Part shown: piece by piece, positions 41,090-55,785 of the stretch
How the letters are laid out: every line of letters begins with the position of its first letter
How positions within the stretch are numbered: position 1 is the first letter of the stretch
Assembly: GCA_012295275.1 (NCBI GenBank)
Contig: CM022676.1
Location: 10,664,001 to 10,728,000, forward strand
DNA: 64,000 nucleotides
DNA from: Chrysomallon squamiferum
Lineage: Eukaryota; Animalia; Mollusca
Direction of reading: 5' to 3'
The notes under the pieces: generated by a model
Told to the model about the DNA's origin: nothing
What the model saw: the letters and a program-made list of their open reading frames with translations, nothing else
Databases searched by the model: none
Program-made: the position numbers and the translations under genes

Positions 41090-41243
41090 CATTTGTTTGT
41101 TTGTTTTTATTCATTTCTCTATCTCTCAATCTATTTGTTTATTTATTTATTTTCAGTTTCTGGGCAGGCTGGTTGTAAAAGATTGTCAAACATGGAGAGA
41201 TGCAACAAGGTCATATTCACGCATATATGACACAGTCCAATAA
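17083..41243 (+). CDS. SLC37A2: SLC37A1/A2-like sugar-phosphate (G6P)/Pi exchanger, MFS OPA family; 17 coding exons, about 499 aa (gene span)
   Basis: Hand-spliced exons 17083-17144, 20965-21046, 22916-23006, 23234-23312, 23990-24125, 24975-25051, 25620-25786, 26467-26510, 27242-27313, 28689-28751, 29033-~29123, 29723-29785, 31083-31168, 31639-31687, 31893-32045, 32473-32570, 41157-41243 sum to 1500 nt. Phases are compatible except at the exon 11 donor. Motifs YHMSRKPISVVK, WCSWAPFD, GWPSVV, RGLIMGIWNSHTSVGNILGS, FAKLVSYTFLFWLP, NGPYALITTAVSADLGTH and IIDGTGSIGAA match vertebrate SLC37A1/A2 as recalled. A1 versus A2 orthology cannot be resolved. Confidence 0.93.
18903..19080 (+). mobile_element. 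Possible tRNA-derived SINE relic
   Basis: Degenerate A box (TGGTGACTGAACAGTAA), B-box-like GGTTCAAGTC at about 18959, GC-richer body ending in (CA)n. Confidence 0.35.
20965..21046 (+). CDS. SLC37A2: SLC37A exon 2 (YRIFIIIFTFLVYTTYHMSRKPISVVK)
   Basis: ttccag| acceptor, AAG|GTAAAT donor, family motif YHMSRKPIS. Confidence 0.95.
21500..22850. repeat. Degenerate (AGT)n block followed by a degenerate (ACT)n block
   Basis: AGT/AGC-rich at 21500-21900 and ACT/ACA-rich at 22150-22850. Confidence 0.8.
22916..23006 (+). CDS. SLC37A2: SLC37A exon 3 (luminal loop SVLNRNCS...NDTTWCSWAPF)
   Basis: ttcag| acceptor, G|GTAAGT donor, WCSWAPF motif, N-glycosylation sequons NCS and NDT. Confidence 0.95.
23234..23312 (+). 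CDS. SLC37A2: SLC37A exon 4 (DKSNSGELLGSLDYAYLFAYAISMFIS)
   Basis: tttag| acceptor, AG|GTAAGC donor, phases 1/2 fit neighbours. Confidence 0.95.
23630..23980. repeat. (ATTT)n tract upstream of SLC37A exon 5
   Basis: Direct reading; source of several artefact ORFs. Confidence 0.9.
23990..24125 (+). CDS. SLC37A2: SLC37A exon 5 (GQVAERMNLRYYLTLGMLGSG...YYIIIQ)
   Basis: tttgcag| acceptor, CAG|GTAAAG donor, MFS motif-A-like GQVAERMNLR. Confidence 0.95.
24975..25051 (+). CDS. SLC37A2: SLC37A exon 6 (AVGGMFQSSGWPSVVACMGNWYGKGK)
   Basis: tttcag| acceptor, AA|GTAAGT donor, GWPSVV motif. Confidence 0.95.
25030..25362 (+). repeat. About 49-bp minisatellite, 7 units starting inside exon 6
   Basis: GAAAAGG at 25042, 25092, 25142, 25191, 25240, 25289, 25336. 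Confidence 0.92.
25620..25786 (+). CDS. SLC37A2: SLC37A exon 7 (RGLIMGIWNSHTSVGNILGS...FFFLVP)
   Basis: tacag| acceptor, A|GTAAGT donor, GlpT/OPA signature RGxxMGxWNSHTSVG. Confidence 0.96.
26467..26510 (+). CDS. SLC37A2: SLC37A exon 8 (KPEDVGCSAPDHHGT)
   Basis: atcag| acceptor, |GTAAGT donor, resembles PEDVDCAPPQHHG of SLC37A2. Confidence 0.93.
27242..27313 (+). CDS. SLC37A2: SLC37A exon 9, central cytoplasmic loop (KVVADDRPAPVTKERSDSLSSVEV)
   Basis: Long polypyrimidine tract plus CAG acceptor, phase 0-0 open frame; donor after 27313 (GTAAAC) or after 27310 (GTGGTA). Poorly conserved loop, so support is from splice signals only. Confidence 0.75.
28689..28751 (+). CDS. SLC37A2: SLC37A exon 10 (PLIPKGKRENAVTLCRALKIP)
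   Basis: tttcag| acceptor, |GTAAGT donor, ALKIP joins GVIEF of the next exon (ALRIPGVVEF family motif). Confidence 0.92.
29033..29123 (+). CDS. SLC37A2: SLC37A exon 11 (GVIEFALCLFFAKLVSYTFLFWLPKYISAF); 3' end uncertain
   Basis: Strong family motif; no in-phase GT donor at the expected position (see findings). Confidence 0.85.
29723..29785 (+). CDS. SLC37A2: SLC37A exon 12 (DYSAEKAADLSTFFDVGGIVG)
   Basis: tttcag| acceptor, G|GTTTGT donor, DLSTxFDVGGI motif. Confidence 0.93.
   Translation: MTTVQKKRQICQLFLMLVAS
29980..31082 (+). repeat. 62-bp minisatellite, about 18 copies, filling most of SLC37A intron 12
   Basis: AAGTTAACATGTAA recurs at 29996, 30058, 30120 ... 31051. Confidence 0.97.
31083..31168 (+). 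CDS. SLC37A2: SLC37A exon 13 (GIVAGVISDRTGARASTCMVMLFLAAPV)
   Basis: tttcag| acceptor, GTG|GTGAGT donor, second MFS motif A GVISDRTGAR. Confidence 0.95.
31639..31687 (+). CDS. SLC37A2: SLC37A exon 14 (MYIYNLYGSQNYIQNV)
   Basis: tttcag| acceptor, G|GTAAGT donor, phases 0/1 bridge exons 13 and 15. Confidence 0.88.
31893..32045 (+). CDS. SLC37A2: SLC37A exon 15 (GILLICGSLVNGPYALITTAVSADLGTH...IIDGTGSIG)
   Basis: Highly conserved SLC37 motif, ttcag| acceptor, G|GTGAGT donor. Confidence 0.97.
32075..32462. repeat. (ATTT/ATTC)n tract forming most of SLC37A intron 15
   Basis: Direct reading. Confidence 0.9.
32473..32570 (+). CDS. SLC37A2: SLC37A exon 16 (AAIGPLLTGLIFKTGWNNVFWMLIAADIAALL)
   Basis: ccag| acceptor, CTG|GTGAGT donor, GWNNVFxML motif. 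Confidence 0.95.
32571..32738 (+). CDS. Putative alternative SLC37A C-terminus from reading through the exon 16 donor (VSIVIACRR...FLIMIIFYTYWPLIPVL*)
   Basis: In-frame, GC-rich, non-repetitive 55-codon extension to TAA with a hydrophobic segment of about 22 aa; composition drops to AT-rich soon after the stop. Confidence 0.55.
   Translation: MSIVIACRRDAPMLSLNIKPCLYRSPRVVIAVVSFLLTFLIMIIFYTYWPLIPVL
35310..35920. repeat. Degenerate 8-bp satellite (CATATAGT/CATATTGT)
   Basis: Visible periodic GTCATATA motifs. Confidence 0.85.
36190..36545. repeat. 27-bp degenerate minisatellite
   Basis: CCAGAATATTACAGTAGTATC-like units; 9-aa periodicity in ORF 36083..36487. Confidence 0.85.
37577..37746. mobile_element. 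Degraded short MITE (Tc1/mariner-like)
   Basis: Inverted AAACCTGTCTA...GGCCAC and GTGGCC...TAGACAGGTTTT motifs flanked by (CA)n/(TG)n. Confidence 0.45.
38415..38494. mobile_element. Single terminal fragment of a Tigger/MER46-like DNA transposon
   Basis: TTTGGATAAGGGATTGTCTACCTG|TA resembles the recalled CAGGTTGAGTATCCCTTATCC-type TIR; partner end not found. Confidence 0.4.
41157..41243 (+). CDS. SLC37A2: SLC37A exon 17, terminal (FLGRLVVKDCQTWRDATRSYSRIYDTVQ*)
   Basis: tttcag| phase-0 acceptor, LxRLVxKxxxxW tail as in SLC37A1/2, YxxPhi motif YSRI, TAA stop. Confidence 0.9.
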   Translation, partial: FLGRLVVKDCQTWRDATRSYSRIYDTVQ

Positions 41244-41367
41244 TGACCTTCACCTTTCACCTTCATGGCCAGTAATCACACGACTTAAGTTTGACTTTAG
41301 TGATTGTACTAAAAGTACATAAGTTGTCTGATAACTCCATTATTTTTGGTTATTATTTTAAAATTTC

Positions 41368-41421
<54 letters not shown>

Positions 41422-41478
41422 AGTTATTATTTATAATTATTATTATTATTATTTACTAATATCATTATTATTATTATT

Positions 41479-41510
<32 letters not shown>

Positions 41511-42059
41511 TATTTTTACTAACATTATTATCAAAGGTGGACTTCAAATTAATTATGCTTGATTTTATTTTACTTCATTATTATTTAAGATTGAGTGGCA
41601 CAAACCAAATAAAACATTACTTTCAATAATGCAGAATGTACTTAATCTATTTCTTTGTATAACCAAACATGCACTTCAAACAAGTTATGCTTCGTTGGAA
41701 ATTTTTTTTTTTTTTTTATTTTTTTTTTTTTTTATTATTGAAATTATAAAAATATTTAATACTGTTTCTGAATTTAAATAATAAAAAAATATATATATTT
41801 GTATATATATATATATTTAATACTGTTCCTGAATTTCAATAATAAAAAAAAAATAAAAAAAAAAAAATATTATATATCAATTATAATATTGTTGATAAGG
41901 ATATAATTATATTTATTTATTTATTTATTTATTTATTTATTCAATAATGTCTGTGTCATTTTGTTCATCTTTCCTATGTATGTATGTCATGTATTTCATG
42001 TATGAAATGAAATCATTCTCAACAAAAAACACCTATTCAAAAGCGCTACAAACTTCTGC

Positions 42060-42720
42060 TGTAATTATAATTTTTCTTGTTTACTGAAAATGATGCAATT
42101 TTGTAATTCTTGTAGATGAAGTTATAATTATCATTGTTATTGATTTTCTTTGAATAATTCTTACAAATAATGATATATTATAATTTTTATATACTGTTAT
42201 AATTTATCGTTTATAACCACAAATAATGTTATAATTTTAATATACAGTTATAATTTATCATTCTGACAGACAAAGCTGTAATTGTATCATGTTTATTGAT
42301 AAAACTGTTATTATTACTTATCATTCTTGCAGATAAAGCTATCGTAAATAAATCATGTTTTATAATTATCACATTCTTTTAGGCAAATTTTAAATTTTAA
42401 TATTGTTTTTGATAAAACTATAGATAATTTTAAAATTCTTACAAACAAAATTATTGTTATAATTTATCATTCTTATGGATAAAAGATATTGTTATAATTT
42501 ATCATTCTTATAGATAAAGATATTGTTATAATTTATCATTCATTTGGATAAAGGTATAATTATAATACTGATAAAGGTGTACATTATAATCTTATGGTTA
42601 TACTGATAACACTATTATTGTTTTGTGTTTATTGATAAAGTTATTGTTACAAGCTTATGGTTATTGGTAAAATGATAATTACAATGTTATGGTTAGTGAT
42701 AAAGTTCTGATGATAATTTA
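42060..42720. repeat. Degenerate about 35-bp tandem repeat downstream of the SLC37A stop codon
   Basis: TTATAATTTATCATTCTTA..GATAAA units. Confidence 0.65.
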
Positions 42721-43338
42721 ATGTATTTTTAATCCATCTGTTATTGTAAAATAAAGATACAAATATGTTTGTGTGTGTGTGTGTGTGTCAACATAATTAT
42801 GAAAAGCTATATTAATTGGTGCATATAGAGGGAATGAAAGGCAGATCCGATCCATTTTAGATTTCCTGGATTTGCTCTTGTTTCTAAACTAGGTATTTTG
42901 TGGTTTGATAATTCTTGTTTTAAATATAAGAAAACTAATATAGTTATATCCATCAAAACTGTGATGTGCCTATTTATTAATTTCCTGAATTTAACCCAGT
43001 TATTTCTGTACTAGCAGGTTTTTTCTGGTTTCATAACCTTTGTTTTAAGTATAATTAATTGTATCTTAGGACTTAAGCAACTTCCCATCCTGATTTAGCT
43101 TGTATTATTTCCCTACTTTTTTTTTTTTTTTTTTTTTTTTTTTGGTTTTCTTTTAAATATAACTAAGAAACTTTCTGAATTCCTGGATTTTCCCCTGTGA
43201 TGTTGTACTTGATATTCTGTAATTCTGTGTCAGGTGATATTTTTTTAATGATATTTTAGGTATTTCTCAGGGAGTAGAATTTCCTTTTACATGAGTAAGT
43301 TTGGCATATTTTTATGTACACATACATATATTAGTATG

Positions 43339-43397
<59 letters not shown>

Positions 43398-44819
43398 TTA
43401 AAGTTTACTATACCTGTGAAATTATTGAAAAAAAGGGGTTTTTTATATTATTATTATAAAATTAGAAAGTAATTTATTACAAATACTGTGTTTTTCTTGA
43501 AATGGCAATTATTATTAAGTAAAGAAATAATTATGAAATAAAGAATAATTGCACAAAGAATTGCCTTGTTGTTTTTTTATTTATTTATTTTAGTTCATTG
43601 TTATTCATATATATATATATTTACTTTTTATTTATTTTTATTAAACACCAAAATATGTTTTTTTAAAATCTTTACTCGACTTCTGAATGTTTTTATGAAA
43701 TTTAAGACCTTAAACCTTAAATATATCAACTTTAAAACATTGGACTTTTGTGGATTTCAATGACTTAGTATGTGTATACTGTATCATTCTTACCTTTTTC
43801 ATGCGGCATGGGTTTTGGCGTAGAACATCTAAATGAGTTCCATAAAAATAGACTGAAATGGTCATGGCCTTATTGTTTAATTGTTTTCTGTCAGCACCGG
43901 CAATGTTTTGTGCAGTTTGTGGGTGAAATTCATTGTGAAACTTCGGAGATAAGGGTTATTTATGTATGGCTAAAAAGTGCCTCATGAAAAACAGTACTTT
44001 TAGCTATATGGTTATATTAACTGTTTAATGTTACCGCGAATAGGAAGCATTTCTTTGAGGTGATTGTTTGTATGTTGTTGTTGTTTTTTTGTGGTTTTTT
44101 TTTTTTTCATTTTTAATTATTTAATGAAGGTGCTTCAAAACCCATGCCATGTGAAAACACATACCAAGACGATATTAAACGAATTGTAACTCAAAATAAA
44201 AATTACAAACAGAATGCTCCATTTTTACATGTGATGCACAATCTCACGACATTTGCATTTTTGTTGGCTGTGAATAATTTTCTATAATTATTAATTACGT
44301 GAGAAAAAAAATAAAAATATTTGTTTAATCTTTATTGTTTATCATTAAATTTTACTGAAGCAGATCTTTATTTCAAAATACTATTTCCACTTTCATTTAA
44401 GTTATAATGGTTTTTGTATACAATTTCGCTCCGCCTGCCATCCGCTGGCCGTCTGCTACTTGACTAAAACAAAAAAGTCGATAATTACTGTTTTGCTGTT
44501 ATGGTTTGTTTCGTAGATAATCAAAGAATTTGTGTTAATAAATGAATTAATGAATGAATAAATAAACCTGAAGAAACAAATATTTGCTTTACCACTGCAT
44601 TAGTAACCTGCATTAATCGAATGCAGTTAAATTTGGCTTTTTGATTTAAACTCAAACCAGGGCTATAATTCGCTGAATTATTTACTTAGTAAGAAATTTA
44701 TTATTACATGATTTCTGTTGCTGTTTCTTCTAAATTAAAAATCAACTTTCATTTAATTTTAAAATAAATATATAAAATTTAAAAAGTAAAATATTAAAAT
44801 CCTATAGAAACAATATAAA

Positions 44820-44940
44820 AAAACGGCATTTCCCACAAGTCACTTTACATAAACGATAACTGACGTCACGGCGGAAGTTCCTCTTGTTACAATTGTCAAA
44901 AACATCTCGTAATTTGACTTGACTTTAGAAAAAGGTATTA
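44820..44940 (+). promoter_or_regulatory. Candidate promoter and non-coding first exon of Ig gene A
   Basis: Perfect CRE TGACGTCA at 44861 followed by ETS core CGGAAGT; AAG|GTATTA donor-like site at about 44935. Confidence 0.4.
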
Positions 44941-45100
44941 GTTTCGCTATTAATTGCTTAGGGTCTCCACATTAAAGTGTTTATATTATCACTATTGTTA
45001 ATGTTACTAAAAATCAAATTATAATTTTCAACTACGTCACTGTTTCCTGACGTTGCATGTTTTTATTAGCTAAAATAATAATAATAATAATAATAATAAT

Positions 45101-45145
<45 letters not shown>

Positions 45146-46102
45146 AATAATGTACAGGAAAACCACACTTTCAGTAAAGCTAATATACTTGTTTGTCTAA
45201 TATCTTTCTTTATTTAGAATGGACCATTGCCTATGGCATAATACTTTTAACAACAGTCTGCAATATGTAGTAAATTGTTTTAAAAACATCGCTTATCAGT
45301 TTTTGGGAACGAAGCCGTTCTTCTGTCGGTTATAAAAATACTCGTTCTTAAATTAAACTCAGAACTTTGAAAAAAAATGTTAATTCAAGTCCTTGTAAAT
45401 CGACGACTAATTAATTTTTTTAAATTAAAATAAATAAAGGAAATTAAAAACAAAACAAACAAATTATCATGCTAAAATACATCAAACTTTGGGGGGCGTT
45501 TTATTTATGTTAACAAACAAACGTAAACGCGGTTAGCCAGAATATTATGACCTATTGCTTTGTTTTTTTTAATTGGTACTCCTCGAAAAAAAGCTGAAAA
45601 ACAAAACGGTTATTTTCTTAGATCTATTTAGCTTAGATCTATTTTCGTCAGGAGTTAAAAAAAATATATATATAATAATAATCGTTCTTTGTTTTGGAGT
45701 TCAAACTTCCGGTTTATGCACAAAGTTTGAATCCAGATATTCTATGTTTAAAACATAGATAACAGTTATAACTGAAAATCTTAAAGCTTTTATTTTTTTT
45801 ATTTTTATTTTTTATTATTTTTTTTTTATTATTATTACTGTTGTTGTTTTTCGTAAAATTAAATAAATAGATAAAATAAGTGAATAAATAAAATAATAAA
45901 ATAAAATAAAATAAATAAAAAGTGAAATAAAATGGAAAACGATACATAAATAACATTTTGGGGGGTTTTTAGTTTATTTATTTATTTTATTTTATATTCA
46001 CATAACTTACTTGCTGTTTTTCTTTCTTTACATATTTTATATTTAAAACAAAAAACAGCACATTTCTTACAATGATATATTTTTCTTTCTAGATTCTGCA
46101 TC

Positions 46103-46153
46103 ATGGTACCTAAGATGCTAACAATTATCATTCCACAACAGGAACTAATGTGA
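46103..46153 (+). promoter_or_regulatory. uORF of Ig gene A (MVPKMLTIIIPQQELM*)
   Basis: 16-codon ORF whose stop lies 6 nt before the main ATG; conserved in gene B. Confidence 0.6.
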
Positions 46154-46159
46154 TACGTC

Positions 46160-50832
<4,673 letters not shown>

Positions 50833-51488
50833 AAGAGCAGAAAACAGACAAATGGACAGACTGCTAGACAGACAGACAGATATAAGGATGGAAATATAAA
50901 TTAAGACAGCATTCAAAATTTAATGATAATAATGATAATAATAATAATGATAAAAATAAATATATAAGTAAGTAAATAAATACTTTTAAAGAAATTTTTT
51001 TTTTTAAATATATAAATGAAACAACCATAAAAAAAAAAAAAATTAATATATAAAGATTAATAATAATAATAATAAAAGAAATAGAGCATAGGGTAAAATA
51101 TGAGAACATTTGTTAACAGCTAAAATAATGTTCATGTTTATTTATATTTATGTATTTTAGTCTTATTTGTGTATTTACAATTAATGTTTGAATAAAATCT
51201 TTAACTTCTGATCATATTCGTGGATTAATTTTATCTTCTTTCTAGGTATAAAATTTCATGTGTACGTGGGTGTGTGTTTTCCATATATGTATACAACACT
51301 ACAGTGTATTATATTAAACAGTAAAATTAGTCAGTTGTTGAGAGTTGTATTTTTGTTTATTTATTTGTTTATTTTTTATTATTTATTATTATTATATTAT
51401 TATTGTTGTTGTTATTATTATTTACTATTATTATTATTGTTGTTGTTGATATTATTATTTTTTGCCTGAAGGACACTATTATTATTAT

Positions 51489-51524
<36 letters not shown>

Positions 51525-51680
51525 GTATGGCTAAATGTTAACAAATACTACAAAATATTTTAATGCAACACATCCTTACTTTTAATTTTTTTTTTTTTTT
51601 ACATACATAAGATGTATGGGAACAATGAAAGAAATACAATTAACTTGAAGTGTAATCAATTTGTGTACAGCAAATTGTGG

Positions 51681-51721
<41 letters not shown>

Positions 51722-52028
51722 GAACGCTGGTGAAATCTGCAGACACGGCTTTTTTCTAGTTTGCGTAACTATGGAACTGAACCTGAATTCAAAGCCGGAT
51801 ATTATTCTTACGTAAACAAATGATATTTATATTTTATGTCTGGTAGGAATGTTAATTTTGTTCAACTTACATTGCTTTCTCCAGGTATAGAAAAATAGTT
51901 AAACATTAATAAGCAAATACATAAATAAGTCAAAATATATATATTTTTTCTCTTGAAGACTTCATTGAAGAATGTGATCTGTGTTATTTTTGTTTCTTCT
52001 TATTATTATTGTAGCATTAAAAAGCACT

Positions 52029-52060
<32 letters not shown>

Positions 52061-53292
52061 GCCTTTAGAGAATATTTCAATAAAAGGCCGGAAGTGCTTC
52101 GGAGAACAAGATGCGCAGGTTACCTATTAACTGCGCATTACATGTCTTCTGCTTTTTAACGTGTCGATAACGTTTATAATTTCACGACATTGAAGGGCTG
52201 TACTTTCAGACAACTATTTAAACTTGCAGCAGCTAATTTTATAAATCTGCGACGGACACGCCCGCTGACTGTCAGAAAGCGTGACTGTCATAGATGTGTT
52301 TCACAACAGCTTGCTCCGATTAGCACGTTCATTTTTTTCAAGGTTCAATTTTATTTTTAAAACCATCTGTTGTTTGGAATGAACTGTTGGCAGAAAAAAG
52401 AAGAAGAAGAAAATAAATATATTAATAATCTTCCAGAAACTGGCAAATATAACTTAGTGTCAACATGCAGAACTGTACTTGTAATCAGAACCATCATACA
52501 AAATATGGTATGCAATAAAGGTTAACTGCGAAGGCATGAAGTAAAAACAAAATTTGTATTCAAGACCACTCAAAGAAAGATAACCATCATTGCTCCACTC
52601 TGAAATAGGTTCCCAAAACATTTTCTTTACTTAATTCAAAGAAGAAAAAAGAATCTCTGACCAAAACATGTGTAATGTGATATGAGATCCACATTAGAAA
52701 GAGACAACTTGATGGGCAGTATTTTTAACCAGATTTCTAAAAAATTAAGATTCTAAGCATAAAAGGAAAAATGACTGGTTGTTAGTGATACAGGCTAATT
52801 TTTCTTTCTGAGTGTAACACACACACACACACAGTTTGACCATAACTGAATGCACAGATACATACATTTTACATCCAGAAAAATTTAAATTATAATAACT
52901 GCATGAAAAGAAGATAACTTTATTATTTACTATTATTGTTGTTGGTGATATTATTATAAGGACACACCTCCCCCCTCCAGTGTTCCTGGATTTCTTGTTC
53001 TGCAATGACAAGACAGAATTTGTGGATTGATTGTCAGAAGATAACTTTATTCAAACTTTAACAAGTAAATTTTACAAAAAAGATGCAAACTGACATTCTT
53101 TACACACGAGTAAATACAAACAAATATTTCTTTTAGCAATTTAAAAATCTTTACACATTTACTAAATGGAAGATTATTTTATTTTTATTCTTTATTTTCT
53201 GATTTTATTAATTTTATATATCTTCCTTAATTTTAGTGTCTGTCTCACTGTCTCTTTGTCTTAAACTTTAATAAAATCTTGGTTCCATTGTT

Positions 53293-53327
53293 TCAAGTAG
53301 GCTCAACTTTCGTGGCATGACATAGAC
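53293..53327 (-). CDS. Ig gene B tail exon (GLCHATKVEPT*)
   Basis: tttcag| acceptor, TKVxP motif shared with gene A, minus-strand AATAAA at 53046-53051. Confidence 0.72.
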
Positions 53328-54032
53328 CTGAAATCAATAATATAGTATACAATAGTTTAGTACAATATTGTATAGTTTTGCAAACAAATATTTGATGTTG
53401 TGTATGTGTTCCTATTGCTGACATTGTGTTTACTGTTACTGACATTGTTTACTATTACTGACAATGTATTTACTGTTACTGACAATATATTAACTGTTAC
53501 TGACATTGTGTTTACTATTACTGACATTGTGTTTACTGTTACTGACATTGTGTTTACTGTTACTGACATTGTTTACTATTACTGACATTGTGTTTACTGT
53601 TACTGACATTGTTTACTATTACTGACATTGTTTACTGTTACTGACATTGTGTTTACTGTTACTGACATTGTTTACTATTACTGACATTGTGTTTACTGTT
53701 ACTGACATTGTTTACTATTACTGACATTGTTTACTGTTACTGACATTGTGTTTACTGTTACTGACATTGTTTACTATTACTGACATTGTGTTTACTGTTA
53801 CTGACAATATATTAACTGTTACTGACATTGTGTTTACTGTTACTGACAATGTGTACTATTACTGACAGTATGTTCACTATTACTGACAATATGTTTACTA
53901 TTACTGACAATAATGTTACCTTTAGTCCACAAAAAATAAACAAAACCCACTACAACAGGAATAACAGATAAATAACATTTCCAAGCTACGGCCGGTTTCA
54001 AAGTCTTTGCTGTATCTCTGTCTACAAATAGC

Positions 54033-54066
<34 letters not shown>

Positions 54067-54626
54067 CAAATAAATAATACCAATAACATCAACAACAACA
54101 ACAATAATAACAATAATAATAATAATAATAATAATAAAAACAACAACAGCTATATTAGTAAAAAAAAAAATTATAATTCAGCAACATAAACAAATTAACA
54201 AAAGAATAGTAATTAAATAAATACTTTTTTTTTCTTCAGAAAACAACCTATCAAACTGAAAGAAAATTCAGATCACCTATAGCCATGACTACGTAAAAAA
54301 GCACATCATCATTCTCCCCGGTATTTTGTTGCCCTCTACAAGAATACGGTCCGTATGACGAAGACGTTGTTTGCATCTTTAAGTACTGTCCCCTTTCTGA
54401 ACAGTTGAGGCCAGCAAATTTCCATATGAAGACACTTTCACTGTATGTCACAGAACAGTTCAAAATAACATCTGCATGGAGAGCTACTCTTACAATGTGT
54501 TTAACTGACTTGTCTACAGTAATAGTTTTTTTCGTTGTTGTTGATGTTGTAAATTCTGTTGTGCTTAATGTACTATGTTCTGTTGTGCTTAATGTATTAT
54601 GTTCTGTTGTACTAGGCAAAGCAGTT

Positions 54627-54661
<35 letters not shown>

Positions 54662-55733
54662 TGTAGTCGTAGTCGTCACAGGTTCTGTTAAGAAAAAAAG
54701 TTTAGAATAGGACAGCATAGCATCTATTAGTGTTGTATAGTATTACTATAGTAACTTATAGTATAGCAATAGTTAGTAAATACAGTATAGTATAGTATTA
54801 GTGTAGTGTATGTGGTACAGAATTGTATAGTATTACTATAATTATAGCATAGGAATAGTGAGTAAATACAGCATAGTATAGTGTAGTACCTCGACTTATG
54901 AGTGCACCGTCTTACAAGTTTTCTGAAATGCTACCAATGCCCGGTAAATGTTTTGCTTTTAGTTGCAAGCCAAAATCTGGGTGACAGGTGAGTTTCAGAT
55001 AACCCACCGCAAGTTGGCACAACGAACAACACAACATGTGGTGGTTTTTTGGGGGCTGGAACAGATTAATGATATTTCAGTTAGTTTCATTTGAGAAAAC
55101 TGATTTGATTTACAAGCAAGCTGACTTATGAGCTCGGTCACAGTACAAATTAAACTCATAAATCAAGGTACCACTGTATACTGTATACTATAGGATAGCA
55201 TAGCATTATATTAGTGCAGTATAGTACAGTATTGTATAATATTAGCATAGTATAATATTTGTAGTGTAGTACAGTATTGTATACTATTAGTATTAGTATA
55301 GCATAGCATAGTAAATACAGTATAGTACAGTACAGTGTATTTTAGTGTCGTACAATACTGTTTAGTATTATAAGTAGTATAGTATGGTATCGTATGGTAT
55401 TGTATAGTAAGGCATAGAATGGTATGGTACAGTACGTATTAATACAGTAAAATATAGTATTTTGAAGGTATAGCATTGTATTATATAGATATGTCATGTA
55501 ATAAGTACATAAATATTTAAGTAAATGAATAGAATAAAATAAACAAAAGGAATAGTTATTTCAACATTTACTTTAGAATATGACAACAAAATTATTGTTC
55601 TCATTCTTATTACTGTTTTATCAGTTATACCTGCAGAAACATCAAAAACTAAAGCAAATGAAGTACTATTTTTTGGATACATATTTTAGAGTAAAATAAA
55701 AAGTACCAAAAAAAAGGAATAAAAAAAGAAGAC

Positions 55734-55785
<52 letters not shown>

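Noticed and set aside
53357-53585. MSVTVNT repeat ORF resembling an ice-binding or solenoid protein
   Set aside because: 19/21-bp minisatellite whose 19-bp units break the frame; lies in an intron
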